From: Psammoneis japonica
Taxonomy: Eukaryota
NCBI GenBank assembly: GCA_008632985.1
Contig: QPGO01000037.1
Coordinates: 496,001-560,000, forward strand
Reading direction: 5' to 3'
DNA length: 64,000 nucleotides
A model generated the notes under the pieces. The model was not told the DNA's origin, ran no database searches, and saw nothing but the letters and a program-made list of their open reading frames with translations. Each line of letters opens with the position of its first letter. The first letter of the stretch is position 1. The translations under genes and the position numbers were made by a program. Shown here piece after piece: positions 1-14,103 of this stretch.

Positions 1-756
1 CGCACACCATGTCTTGCAAAGTGCTCAAGTGTGGCGCGAACCTGTGGCTCCAAATCCACTCCAATCTTGTCGGCCTCTGAGTGACTGTCCTTGCAAGACA
101 ATCTACTGTGGCTCTGGGCAGGAGAAGTTGTGTGGTGAGTGATGCAGTCGTGTGTTGCACATTTGACATTTTGTGCTGTCATGCTAAAATGATTGCCACC
201 GCGCCAGTGCCGCGCACCGGTGTTTTTGTTGCCGCAGGTGGATTGATGGTTCCATGCATCGGGTGGGGTTCTCATTTGTTTCCAACATCTAAAAACAATG
301 TTTTGATGTCAGGCCTTTTAGAGAGATTCCCTTCGGGAATGCTTTTGGAACGCTTTTGGTGTGGCTCCGGAATGGTGGAAACACGGGAATGACGAAATGC
401 CCATTTCGTCGAACAGCATTTCCATGTTGGAGCTGTTGGCGGTTGTCACAGATGTGGTTTAGTGTCAAACAATGCCAGCAGTTACAACACATCCTTGCAG
501 CTCAACTTGTGGCCACTGCAACTCCAAATCATTGAGACTTCTGACAGCCGCTCTTTTCTCAGAGAAAATGGAAACGTGTTTTGACGGGTGCACCTTTTGG
601 CAATGAATCCATCTAATCTGTTAAACTTTTACACTGCTGTGCCACACTCAAATGGTTCTAACTGTGGTGCACTGACAACAGCGCATCACATGTCTCATTG
701 GCGAATTGACCGGCTCCAAAGTTTGATTTCCGCGTGAATTGGTGCATTTGAGAACG

Positions 757-800
757 TTCTTGGAACGGTTTTGGAACACTTTTGGAACGCTTTTGGAATG
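757..800 (+). repeat. Short tandem repeat, four copies of an 11-bp TTTTGGAAC-NN unit
   Basis: ttcttggaacgg ttttggaacac ttttggaacgc ttttggaatg; a related pair lies at 341-359. Confidence 0.7.
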
Positions 801-904
801 GCATGCAAGGGAATCTTGAACGACAATGATCCAAAACAGTCCAGCCCTGGTCCCCCCCAAGAGGCCTTTTTTGGTTTTGGCGTTTGGAGCCATTTGGCGG
901 GATT

Positions 905-1275
905 TGAATTTGAGGTCTGCACTGTCGCACGAAGTGATGAGGTTGAGACAGTCGTGACTGATTCAAATTGGAGTTCGGGATCAAGAAGGGAACTCAACGG
1001 CATCTTGCTCTCCAGTCGCAACATGCCACAATGTGCAGAAATGCCTGGACAAATGCTGTGCTCATGGCAACTCCCATGACATGTGTGTCCAGACATTGGA
1101 ATGTGCGCACAGTCTAAAATGAGCTGACGGGCAGGCACCAACAGAAGGAAGGTGTCGTCATCGTCGATCATCGCGCCATTTTGTCGTTCATTCAGTGTGC
1201 TTGATGTCACCAGCACACCAACCCAATTGAGCAAGTGGAGGTCATTTTTCATGCACAACATTGTTTTGACATTCT
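905..1275 (-). pseudogene. Degenerate coding remnant, function uncertain (weakly SET-domain-like)
   Basis: Part of ORF 695-1366 reads as protein once C/H are back-read as Y (DDDDTFLLLVPARQLILDCAH...GHTCHGS). The SET resemblance is from memory only. Confidence 0.2.
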
Positions 1276-3039
1276 CGCTCTGGTGGGCTGTCTTCTCAAT
1301 GAGAAATTTCGGTGGGGTCTGGTGAAGACAATCCGAGTGGTGCAACGCCCGCATTTCCAGGGGCATTTTGTCTCAGCACCGATTGGAAAAAAAGACAACT
1401 GAGAAACCTTCCATGGAATTTCGACGTTTTGTGAAATCAAACAGAGTCTCAAATGCACAGGATTTGTCCTGCAGCTGAGTGCTTCGAATGTTGTGCATCT
1501 GTGGTGTGTCCCCTGGCAAAAAGCACAAGGATGTGTTTTCATCCCAGGTGAGAAACTTTTGGACACATCACGAGGTTTTCTACGTGTTTCTACATGAGAC
1601 GTACATTTAGCACCAAAAATCTCAGTAAAAAACGAGCTCCATGACAGCAAAAACACATTTTTCCATGTCTCGAACCACAAACCACAATTCGCGCAAACCG
1701 AAAATGGCACCATGCCGTCGCCATGAACTCGTCCATTCTTGCACCAACGGATGTTGTGACTGAGAAGGTGAGAATGCCGAGACAGGTCAACAAGACAACG
1801 CTCAATTGCGATGATGTGGTTGAAAATTTGATCTTTGTTTTTTGTTGTGCCTCATGGATGGCCTTTTGACTCGTGACATTTTTGATGCCTCTTTCTCTCT
1901 TCCTCAGCTTGCGAAGCAGGATTCTCATCAACGCGCTGCTCCATCTGCTTGACACCGGACACTGACAATGAAGAATGTTTCTATGACACGTTGCTGTGAT
2001 TCTCACAATGTGTCGTCCGCACTTTGAGTCGTTGTGGACGATGCTTTTGGGTCGCGCGACAACATCAGATTTCGCCACCGACAAGAGAATCGTCATGTGT
2101 TTGGTTTTGAGGGTGTGTGAGGATAAAGAATCTCAGATGCAAGTGTGACAGTTTCATTGTTGTAAAGCAGAACAATGCCATCAGCGATGTCTCAGTGTTG
2201 CAGCCATTTTATTTTATTCTAAGACAGAACTGGTCATTTTGAGCGGTGAAATTTTGTCAATGTTTCATCTTTAACTCTGCTTGGGCATGTCAAATCACAC
2301 AACAACCCAGACACACATTGAACTTTGACGCCACTGTTTCAATCCCATTGTTTTGTTCACTCAAGTGTCCCACACAGGTCGACAAATCAGTCGATCTTTG
2401 AAGTGGCCGATCGCGCAAAAAAATCACGTGCGAAGTCAGTTCCCCCGATTTTTCTTGTGCAAATGACAGAGTTAGAACGCCGTTCTTTTTTGGCATGAGC
2501 TCTTTGTACAATGAACAATGCGTGCATTCTTTCAAAGTAGTCAGATTCGGTGAAAGAAACAGCAGAACAGTCTCTCAAATGCACCAGAACAACAACAACG
2601 AGCAGACAGCTGTCAGTTTCACTCCAAAAAATGCCGCTTTCGAGACAGCGCTTTTCTTGTACGCACCCTTCAACCAATGAGATTAACAGCTGGCTTTTCA
2701 AAATAAACATGTCTGTGGAAAGAAGAAACGAAAAATCGGGGGAAAGTCCAGTCAGATTTGCTCGCACAAAAAGCACGGCGACGGAAAAGGGACAGATGAA
2801 ACGTCTCACCTCCGTGTGCGCGTTTCTCACCTGGGATGAAAACACATCCAAGCAGTGTTTCAGCGGCAAGTGCGCAAACTTTCGCAGCATCACGCAGATG
2901 GTGGGTGGCACTCGCATGCAGGCAGGCAGGTCTCTGACATTTCTGTGCATTTTTGCAGGGAAAAATGAAAATTTTGAAATTCCCGCAACTCCCCGGCATC
3001 GATGTCACCCTGCCACCCGCGCCGACCCCGCACGCTCAT

Positions 3040-4660
3040 GAAAGATCTGGATCTGTTGCACGCATTTTCAAGGATGGATTGGCAAGCAGAGGTCTGGTTT
3101 TTTGTGAGCTCGCAATTTTTTGGGACAATGACTGGATGCACCGCACTGAATGCTTGCGCGTTCACCAAAAAAAATTTCAGCGACAGGTCGAACTTTGTCC
3201 GTTCGTGAGACATCAAAGAATGCTTGAGGATGGATCATCCAGATGAGGTCTGTTTACGTGCGAGCTCGTTTTTTTTTGAAAAAATCCAGATTTCTCGTGC
3301 TGGGTGCACCCGCGCTTGCCAACAAAATGTTTTCAGCAATGGGCCGAACTTTGTCCCTTCAAAAGACATCACAGAAGGTGTTGGCAATGGTCAGGACCAT
3401 GCACGATCTTTAGCTTGACAACTGCAGACATGTCTGCAGCCAGTCAAATGCCAATTGTCGGCATTTCCTGGAAAGCCATGGCTTGTCTCCCACAAGCAGT
3501 GCGATTTTGGCAAAAAACAGCAGTTTGTCAAATGCAGCAACTGCACCAAATCCGACAATTGGCATTTGAAGGTTGAGGTGTGCAGATCACATGCAGGTCT
3601 GACAGCCCTGATGGGGGCTGGACACACTCACAGACGTGTTCCAGCCGCACATGAACCAAGTCATGCACAAAAATGACATTTGCGCAATTTTTGCATGGCC
3701 CCTGGCTTGTGATCAATCTTTCACCACAAAAAGTGTAGATTCATGCAAACACAAATTTTTTGCAACACTGACAAGACTCGTGTGAGTGTTGCAACATCAT
3801 TGTCGCTGCGCTGTCTGTGTTTTTCATTGCGTCAAAAGATTCGCAACACAACGGATGATTTTCAGCGAAAACATTGCCGTCATTTGGATGTTGCCCAAAT
3901 GTGTCTTTCTATGATGCTGCTTGGCAGGTTTTCCACCTGCAAAGAAATCTCAGTGTAAATCCACTGACGTGCAATCAGCGTTGAGTCTGCTGAGGAAGTT
4001 TGTGATGCACATCCCATGAGGACTTGAATGCCCCACAAAAAACTGTTTAAATGTTCATGCTCTAGAAGCCCACAAAAGTCAATCCGCCCAAGCATTTTGT
4101 GTGAAAATGCTGCATGCACCAAAAGATGCACAAATCACACTCAAAATTGATTGTCGTTTTGTGTGTCACCTGGGACTGGAACACGTCCACAAGTGTTTGG
4201 GGGTGCTCAGAGGCATCGCAAAATGACACGGGCGAAGCATGGGGAAATTGCAAAATCACAAGCCAATTAAAAAATGCCTCACCTGGATGATCCATCCTCA
4301 AATGACAGTTGTGACCATGCAGGACTTTTAGCTCATTGAACAAAGATGTGTCTGCAGCCAGTCAAATGCCAGTTGTTGGCATTTCCTGGAAAGTCGTGGC
4401 TTGTCTCCCCTGAGCAGTGCGATTTTGGCAAAAAACAGCAGTTTCTCAATTGTGGCAACCACGCCGAATCCAACAATTGGCGTTTGAAGGTTGACAAGTG
4501 CAGTTCACATGAAGGTCCAACAGCCCTGATGGGGGCTCTGGTCATGCTCACAAGTGTTTGGGGGTGCTCAGAGATGTCGCAAAGTGACATGGGCGAAGCA
4601 CGCAAAAACAGAAAAAATGCAAGCTTTTTATAAAATGCCTCTGCACGACATTCCATCCTT
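3040..4660. repeat. Cluster of diverged direct and inverted repeats (TE subterminal-like)
   Basis: About 3425-3620 matches about 4343-4540 (direct). About 4188-4280 matches about 4549-4641 (direct). About 3225-3248 is the reverse complement of about 4277-4300. Many differences are CA/TG/CG swaps. Confidence 0.75.
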
Positions 4661-5160
4661 GCAAATCGCTGCTTTTTTTAGGCTTGAATTTTGCCAAATG
4701 GCTCGTAATTTGCATCATTTTTTCTGAATTTCACCGTGCTTCACCACAGTGAAAACCACAAGCCATGAGCACGCGATGGAAGTTTGCCGGCTCCGCACTC
4801 TCATTGGTGCTGTGTTCATCATGTGTTGTGTGATCAGCATCAGATGACAGCACGAAGGCAGAGCACTGCGTTTTTGAGAAATGTTGACATTTGCACCATC
4901 ATTGTTGTGCTTCGAGGTGATGATGCTTCTCGTTTTCATGTGCAATCGGGCGGGAATCTGGACAATTTTTGCACTCAAAAACAAACACTTGTGAACAGCC
5001 TTGTTCAAATGGCATGCAATTCCAGGACAAACAAGGGGGTGACCCCTCTCAAGGGTGGGACATCCCTTGTGTTTTTGACATGTGTTTGCAAAAAGCATCA
5101 AAAATGACTGACATTCACATCATTTGTGATGCAATTGTGGAAAAAACACACCAACGCATT

Positions 5161-5370
5161 CTGTGCTCACCATGCAAACAACACGACAGTGGCTGAAATG
5201 CCATCCATTCATTCTCAAAAACTCAACGGGGCAGCTTCCAAGCACACTGCATTTGATGCGGGCAACAAACTCATGAAGAAAGTTGGAGGCCGCCCCACCT
5301 CCATTGCGTTCAACGAACGGCATTTCAGCCATTGTCGTGTTGTTTGCACGGTGAGCTCAGCATTTGCGCT
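5161..5370. repeat. About 50-bp inverted repeat with about 105-bp spacer
   Basis: ctgtgctcaccatgcaaacaacacgacagtggctgaaatgcc (from 5161) versus the reverse complement of about 5319-5360 (ctgagctcaccgtgcaaacaacacgacaatggctgaaatgcc). Confidence 0.75.
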
Positions 5371-5523
5371 CAAGCTGTTTGAAGGTTTTTTCCATGAGTT
5401 GTGCACATTCGCAAAAAACACTGTCTCATTTTAGCCGTTTTTCCTTTGAAATTTCTAAAATTCACCCAAAAACAAGGGGGTTCCCAGCCTCAAAAACAAA
5501 TTCCAGGAATCTTGGATAACTCT

Positions 5524-5634
5524 GATTCTTAAAAATGGACGTGACTTGCGCCAGTGGATTTTCGGAAATGCTCATTCTTGAGAATCCCCCCCCACTCATT
5601 TTTGAGAATGCTCGTCTTCCATTTTCGAAAATGC
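5524..5634. repeat. Five copies of a near-palindromic ATTYTYRRRAAT motif
   Basis: gattcttaaaaatg, gattttcggaaatg, cattcttgagaatc, catttttgagaatg, cattttcgaaaatg. Resembles a transposase-binding subterminal array (inference). Confidence 0.5.
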
Positions 5635-7458
5635 TGTGCTTCCTCTCCCAAGCAATCTGGTCCACACAAACTTTGTGGTGAACACCACGAACAGTGCATC
5701 ATCTTAATCTCATCGAGCGTTGTTTGAACATGATGCATTCCATCATGAAGCTCAAAGCAGAAGGGCAAATCCAACTTGAACCACCTCCAAGATGCTGACA
5801 CAAGATCAGCTCCATCACACATTGAATGCCTCCTCTCACATTGTGAGTCTGGGGATGCATCGGCCGGACTCAATGTAAAAAAATGGAGACACAAGCACCC
5901 TGAATGGAGCCAGACATCAAAGAAGCATTTTTTCTGCAACACGATGACTTTGAAATGATGGGGTGACACTCACTTGAGGGCCACGCATTGGACATTTTGA
6001 CAGCCGAACCTGTTTTGGTGCATGCCTGCTCCAGTGCTGGAGACTGCATGTCTGCAGATGGCAACAGTCCAAATCTAAAACGTCCTGGTCAAAGAAATGA
6101 CGGACAACATTTGTTGTTTGTGCAAACAAATGACAAATGTGTTTCAGTGATCACACCCAATGTTTGCACCCAATCCTTCTAAACAAACTGCCATCAGTGC
6201 TTGCCCTCCCATCCCCCTGCATGGAACAAAGCAGACTCTCAGCTTTGCATCGATGTGTCACAACATGTGGGGCTGTTTGTTGTGCACACAAAATTTCAAC
6301 TCCTCGTCATTGACATTCAACAACATGGTGTTCTGCCAATGCAAAGTCATCACTGGCCACAGTGCTGACCACAGCACTGGCCACAATGCTGGCCACAGTG
6401 CTGGCGGTGTGCTGATGCAACCAATGATGCAAAGCTGCCCTCACTCATCATCCTCACATCTCTTTGCTCCATGCATTGGACACTTCTTTCCAGCTCCTCT
6501 GCTTCACATGCTTCCACGTGTGCACAAAAAGAAAACCCCCATTTTCAACTCCCAAGGAAATTCGGGCTGCCAACGCAGTTGCAAGTTAAAGGGCAATCCC
6601 TGGAGCTTGTCTCTCATGCTGACAAAATGTGTGCTGGATGTGCTCAACTGCCAGACATTGACTTGCATGACTTGGTGCAAAGTGAGCGCGCAGATTTTTT
6701 GACAACTGCGTTGCACCACAGCCAAGCTTTTTTTTCACAAGCAGTCATTCTGAGGCAGGGGTCTCCATGATTGGTCAGCTCCAAACATGAGTTTGTCAGC
6801 ACTGCGCTGTTGAAATCCCAGTGGGTGTTCCAAAAATCCATCCATGCACGGCTGTTCTTTGCTTGAGCTGAGAGGGTTCCACAGGCACGTTGGCTGAGTT
6901 TGCTGGCAGAGTTGTCGAGTTGTTTGCAAATGCTGACACCAAAGCCCAAAATGAGCAGCAATTGTTGTTTCTTCATTGGGTTGGAAAAACAAGCAACAGC
7001 ACTTCTTTTTCAGCTGCTTGGCAAGTTCGCTCCACCCTTCAAGCACAAGAAGAACAGCTCTCATCATCCCCACCACAAACCAGCGGCAGTGACAAGCAAA
7101 AAGAGGAAGATCTGGGTGTCACTTTTGCCCAGCACAGGGTCAGCATGCTGACACCCTCCACTGATCTGTGACATCCTGCAAGACAACACAGGTCACAAAG
7201 AAAGAAAGAACACAACAGCAAACTGCAAAAACAACCTTGCCAACAAAAAGGTGGTGCAAAGCATGTGATGCTGTGGCCAGGCTCAACACATGAAGAAACT
7301 GCACAGGGCAACAATGCCTTGCTCCAAAGAATCTCCAATGGCAGCAGGGTGCATGTGCTGGCCACATCAAAGTCTTTGACAAACAAGTCAATGAGTGGCA
7401 GTTTTCAACTAATTTTGCTGATCAGCTGAGTCATGGACCAAAGAACAATTCTGTCAGT

Positions 7459-7507
7459 CAACAAACCAACTCCAACCAACCAACAAACAAACAAACAAAC
7501 AAACAAA
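7459..7507 (+). repeat. (CAAA/CCAA)n microsatellite
   Basis: caacaaaccaactccaaccaaccaacaaacaaacaaacaaacaaacaaa. Confidence 0.8.
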
Positions 7508-9052
7508 GCCAAAAGCCAATGGGACATTCTGGCAAGTCACAATGTTGTTGAATCTCATTGAGAAAAAATGGGGCTGGATGGAAATTCACCAGGGTGTGCA
7601 ACGTGGCAAAAATGGCACCAGCAGTCTGCTGGACTCTCTGCCACATTTGCCTCATCCCTGAAAAACACAGTGGACAAAGAAAGTGTCACAATGGTGCTCA
7701 ACATTGGAAGAAACATGGGTGTGTGGCAGTCGAGTGTTGTGCAGGAGATGCTCAAATCTTGGCTGCCAACAAATGAGGCATCTTGATCAAACATTGGATG
7801 CTCAACAGCTCCCCCCCCTCCCATTGGAAAATGCAGGGTTGTTGTCCACAATGGTGGTTGGCAGGTTGGGAGCACTGTGAAAAGTGAAACACGACACACC
7901 CCAATGGCCTGGAAACAATGGAGGGGAGAGGCTGTGCAGTGGAAGGTGCCAATGCTTGGCAGCCCTCTTTTGCAGTTGCGCTGCTTTTGCTGGTCTTGTT
8001 CAGACAAGAGAAGGGATGGCAGCATTGTGTTTCCAAAGTCAGCAACAGCCAGGCCAAAATTTCAAAGGCAAAGTGACTTGACAGCCAACAGAGCAGTGGC
8101 TGCATCCATGAGAGCATTGGACGGAATGGCAGAATTGTCAGAAAAACAAAAAATTGGGGTCAGGAGCAAGCTGGCTTGGACAACAAAACAGGAAGTTCCA
8201 CCAAATTGGCAGACAATGCCAGGGAGCTGAGGCCAGTCACTGCAGATCATGGCTTGCTTGCAGGTGCCAAAACAGACACACAGTGAGCTTGACATGCAGG
8301 AAAGCAGCACTTGTGGGACCCATCCAGTGTTTGCAACAAAGCCACCTTTCCACTTGAGATGCAACAGCCAAGAATGCAACAAACACAAGGGTCTTCTCTG
8401 CAGCCTGATGACAGTGACAACATGTGTGCTGTCTGGCAAGAAAGAGCAAGAAAAGAGGTGGGTCCTCTCATCACAGCAGAGATCTGCGCTTGCCTGCCTG
8501 GGTCTGTCAGAGGCCGCAACACAGTGGTGTTCAATTTTCTTCACATGATTTATGCCAGTTAACATCATGTGCATTGAACTTTTGTTTAGATTTTTTGCAT
8601 GTAAAAATGAATGACACACTGCCTTCATCATTTGCGTTTCACACGGAAATTTGTCACCTGTTTGTTTTTGTTTGTTTTTGACAATCCATTTGAGTTTACT
8701 CTCTTCTTAAAGTCACACATTGCAATTTGACAATGTTGTTGCATTTGTTTTGAAATGTTGTCTTTGGTCATTGTTTTCAACAGCTCCACCTTGCACACGC
8801 CCCGCCGCATTGTCTGGCATGTCCTCTGTGCCCAAGTCACCCCCATGCACATTTCCTGCCTCATTTTTCCAGCACCTCCCAGAACTCCAGTGCATGGCTC
8901 TCTACCCGGCTTCGAGTGCTCTTTCTGCATGTGCAATTGTCTGCGCACTTCACAACAGTGCATCCTCTTCCCAAACTGCCGGCACATTTGACCTGAGCAT
9001 GCACTGTTGTGATCCACGTGCATTCTGCGCAAATCACAACTGACCTCTTGCC

Positions 9053-12000
9053 ATGGCGGTCAACAACTTTACCCCATCCCACGATGAGGTTGACCCCAAT
9101 CCTTCCTTCCGATTTCCCGATGAGGTTGATTTTGATGATGTGGAACATTTTGCCAATGGCTTTGGAATGGAGCAGTTTGGTCCCAAGCTCAAAAGCACAG
9201 CTGCAACACATGCATCCAAAAAGCAGTTTTTGGAGTCAACGAAATGGACTCCCTCTCAACAATTTCTCACTCTTCCCTTCCTTTGCCACAAGCCAAAGTC
9301 ACGTTGAATTCCACATGTTGCAAAAGTCATCCGCACCAACAATGTCATCAGGAAAACTCTTGGACACCCTGACGTTTGGTCTCACATCAAGACTTGGGGT
9401 TGGTCCCTGAAGAAATCCTGTGCACTGAAAGGTCAATGCATTCTTTGTCATCAAAATTTGGAGGATGCTCTCCATTTCTCCAAAACACCCAGAGAGACAG
9501 TCAAAGAAGAGGAACACCGTGTGCAACTTCACCACAACATCAAAGCCATGGCAGAATTTGTTTGCACGATTGTCGCGGTGACGACCCAAATGACCCTGTT
9601 TCTGGCAAGCCTTGTTTCCATTTTTTCATGGTGCAAAAGCCTCCAAGAATTGATTGATGACTGTGCACAAGACCTTCATGGTGCATTCTTTGTCACCAAA
9701 ATTGCAGTGCATCACTTCCAGCACAATCCAGATGACTTTGACCATTGGTTCATGCAGATTTTTTGCAATGTCAAAACCCAAAAGGAGTGGCGCATGTTTG
9801 TCAACAGCTTTCCAGTCTCACGCAAATCCAATGACCCGGGGCCCCAGGTGGCCAATGTCAAGGAATTCATCACACCGGACAAAATCGGCAACACAAAGAA
9901 CTCTGTTGCAATGGCAGGTGACTCCCTCACCCGTCGGGAGGCATGCAAAGAAAAAATCAATTGCATGATGAATCATGAATTTGGGGAGCACTGTCCCAAG
10001 GAGCAACCTGGTGTGCAACCCAAGTGCAGCAAGTTGCTCACAATTCTTTGTTGCAGAATGTGTGATCAGAGGGCTGACCACATGGATGATGACAACAAAC
10101 AAGAGTGTCGGTCCAAAACCAAATGCAAAATCAGGAGGACCCGCAAAGATGGCACCTGTTTGCACGACGGTGTGTGCCCTCCCCCTTTTTCCTTCACCTC
10201 CTGTGTGCACCCCTTTTCTCACTTGTCCATTTTTTCTTCTGTTGTCATTGTGCACATCACAAGAGCCTTCTTTGACCATCCCCAACAAGAAGTCAAGGCC
10301 TGCATCACGCTCGAACCTGGCACATCCTCCGTCATCTGGCGACGTGCCGTTGTCCAGGAAGGCACACCACACTCTCACTGCCAACCTTCCCACTTTGTCG
10401 GAAACTGTGGATTTGGCAAAATCTTCTTCTTCCTCAATGGGTCCCCCCTCCAAGCCACCCGCCACTCAGCCGGTTGTTGCTGGGAAATGCCTGGTTGCAT
10501 CATCTCCTCCACTGGACCCCAACAACATGTTGTGGCTGGACAAGTCTGCTCTCTGCCAGCACTTTGACCCATCCAAGTGTTGTTCTGTCACCTCAGAGGA
10601 AGTTGCTGCCCATGTGTCATGCCTTCACATCATTGACAAGGCGACCAACACTGAGGGCATGCTGCACCATTCCACCACTGACTTTTACCTTGCAGACAAC
10701 CTGAGGGAAAACTGGCACATCTTTTCCAACAAAACTCCCACAAGCAATCCCACCACCGCCTCCCGTGTCAGAACTGAGTGCCCTCCTCACCTGGATCACT
10801 GTTTGGAGGAACTCTCCATCACCCGACAAACCAACTCCATGCACAAAGGGCACTTTGGGTGCCTTCACATGTGCATCCCTGCCCTCCTGCTTTTTATCTT
10901 GTTGAAGGGTGAGTCTGATCTAAAACGTGACGGATTGCTTGCCGTTGAGTCCAAAGACCGATGAAGGATCAAGCTCAGCTGTGCCGGGCAATCACATCAT
11001 CCAAGGATGCCCAGCCCACCAAATCAGCTAAACCCAAGGCCACATGCTGTCTTGCTGTTTTTGAGCCAGACAAAAACTTCAATGCCAATGAGTCATCCAA
11101 AATCAAGGCCATGGTTGCAGACATTCTTGACTCAACTCAGCTTTGCGAAAGCAAGGCAGAGCTTTGGAAACTGAGCAATCCTCTGCCATTCAACTGGTTG
11201 CTTTGGTGCAAGGAGCACTCAAAAGCATTTTGCCGTGAAATGGGTTTTCTACATTTCAAATGGGAGGACGTCACCATGCAGGGATTGTGCATGTCCCAGG
11301 GCATGTTCTGTGATGGGCACTTTGACAGAAAAAACTGCACCTGGTGTCAACATGGGAAAATGCCGCAGGTTGTTTCTTTGTCATGGATGCCTTTGGCGAC
11401 ACATGGTCCTTCAAGGCAGTCACCAACAGCAGAAATCCCGTTGGTCAATGCTGCAATGACAGGCATGACATGAAGCCGATGCTGACTTGGATGCAACACA
11501 ATCAAGCTCAGCTGGACTTTGTGCTTCAAGACATGGACCTGTGACACAACAGCCCTGCCCATCCTGACTGTCCGCTGTCCTCCAGCACATTCAAGCATCT
11601 TTCCCTGGATGACAGCATGCCGTGGAATGATGTTGTCATCGGCAGAGGTGGCAACATCCCCCACGTGCACATGGATTGATTGAAGTTCCTTGCACTCCCC
11701 ATCAGGGACTTTCACTTGTCTGCCCCAGCCACAGCTCTGCGCCATTTCAAGAACATTGTGCGCCGATCTGGGCCTGACCCAAAACAAGTCACAAGACTGG
11801 CCATCCTTGCCGGTCATCCAATGGGATGCCACCACTTCTGCTGTGTTGGGGACAACCACTTGCCCAACCCATGTTGTGAAGGCTCAGACCCCTTCACACA
11901 ATTCACCGATTGCTTGGCGAATGAATTTGGTGTGTTGTTTGGGGACCCACAGGTGGGTGGGATTGGCCCCATCAATTTGACATGCGAGAAGTTTGGTGAG

Positions 12001-13953
12001 ATTTTTCTTGTCAACAGGCAAACAAGCACCACTGACAACCCAGTTGACCTGATGGTTGACGAAATCCATGCAGCGCTGCTTTGGATCAATGACCACGTGA
12101 TCACCGATGAGTTCTGTCCCAATTTAATGGAACAACGCTGCAAGGCTGCCTGCGATGTTTGGGCACACCGAGGAGCAGATTCCACCAAGATTCATCTCAT
12201 GTTGGTGCTGCATTGTCTTGCACCATCTGGTGTTGCAGTGAAGGACCACCCGTGTTTGAACAACATGGTGCACCCTGTGTTCAATTCCGGAGCTGCTGCT
12301 CGACTGGCCCACATCAACCCAGAAGAACAACCGCTCATGCACCAATGGATGTCATTGGAGACCGGGACCAAAGAGCATGGTTGGAACGGAACAGAGCACA
12401 AACTTTGTGAGAATGCCAATGGTCTGTGTTCCAGACAAAACCTGTTCACATTTTCTCCATCAGGTCAGCATCTGCACAAACCCTGTGGATTGGCGGAGTG
12501 TCAAACAGTGGAGTGCATCGAATCCGACCTGAACCTGTGCAAGCAAAAAGTTGCAACAGTTCACAATGGAGTTGCAGCTGACAACAAATTGCACTCTTTG
12601 TCTGGATCATCCAACAGCAACAATTCCTTGTCATGTGATGGACTTGCTGCTGACAATGAATTAAACTCATTGACAGGAACATCCAACGTGGATGAATCCT
12701 TGACACATGACGGAGTTGTGGCAAACAATGAAACAAACTCCTTGCCAGAAGAATCCTCCAGCAACAAAGAAAGTGAGAGAGCAGAGACCGTCAGCTGCCA
12801 ATTGCCGTGTGATGGATTGGTCGATGACACAGTGGTCAACAGACAAAACAAATCAGATTGCTGCGAACCCATCATTGCTCCAGAGGAAGAGGAGTTTTCT
12901 GTTGATGCCACCGACACTTGTGCAAAGGCACCTGACCTTTCACAATGTCCCAATCTGGATGTGGATGAATGCGTGGATGCAACTTTAGTGCAAGTCTCAC
13001 ATTGGTGCATTCTCCCGTTCTGTTTTCTTGTTTGTCTTTGCAACTTGTGTGTCGAGTGCTGTTGTGGCTCATGCAAGACTCTTGCTGCAAATTTTTCAAT
13101 GATGCACAGCTGCAATGGCAGCACCAAAATCCTGTGGCTGTGCATGACAAGGCCTGTCAATGCAGGAGAGCTGTCCTTTGACAAGCTTTGTTCTGACCGT
13201 GGGGTGGAGGTGGCGGCAAACACTCAGCATCGAAGAGACAAGGCAAGGTGTCAAGTTGTGGAAACACTCTGCACGAACGCCACTGTTGAGGCACGCGCCG
13301 TCTCTCTGCAGGACGGAAGTGCCACTCACCACCTGAATTGCAACATTTCTGCAAAGGATTTCATCTTTTGCGTGAAGTCGTGATTCGGCGGTGAGGTTGG
13401 TTTCAAGAACAGCGGACTCATCCAGATTTGCATGGACTGTTGCTGGATGCAACACAGCAAGTGGAACATGATGTCTTTTGGCAATCGCTTCTTCTGCGAA
13501 AACCCAAAAGAGATGATGCAATCATTGTTGCATCCGAAGTTTGAAAGGTGTCACATCACAGTCCCGTGCAACCTGTGGTCCCTCACCCAAGTCGTGCGCA
13601 ACTTGGAGCACATAGAAGAATGTGCACTGATTCAATGCATGGACCACAAAATGGTGCTGGACGAAATTACGATTCGCCAAACATCGCTCGAAATTGCAGA
13701 GAATGACAGGGGCGATTGGCTTGGAAAGCCATCCAACCAGGAAGCCATGCATTTGGGAGTCACAGAACAGGAAATTTGGGAAACACTTCCAGAAACAGAA
13801 AGGGACACTGTCCTAGACTTTGTAAAGCAGCTTCGGAGTTGCGATCTGACAAAGCCATTCAGGTTCTTTTCCTTTGAGAGAAGAGTGCCAAATTGGCAGA
13901 GCTGCCTTGACCCTTGGCCAAGGTGGTTTCTGGAGCCATCCATCAACGAATGA
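9053..13953 (+). pseudogene. Large degenerate gene of unknown function (probable TE cargo/accessory ORF)
   Basis: Chain of co-oriented protein-like segments (9053, 9458, 9975, 10961, 11680, 13432) broken by frameshifts and TGA stops; Tyr is essentially absent. It converges tail-to-tail with the Plavaka-type transposase. Confidence 0.55.
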
Positions 13954-14103
13954 CGTTGATGGACTCAGTTTTACGTGCAGCTTCAATTCCTTAAATCAGG
14001 TGAGTGATGCTTGTCCTGGTTGTGTCGTGGGTTGCCAAAATTGCACATGTCCCGGCAATGTGGGGCTCCAACATGCTGCTGAATTGCAAGCTGCTGTTTG
14101 CAT

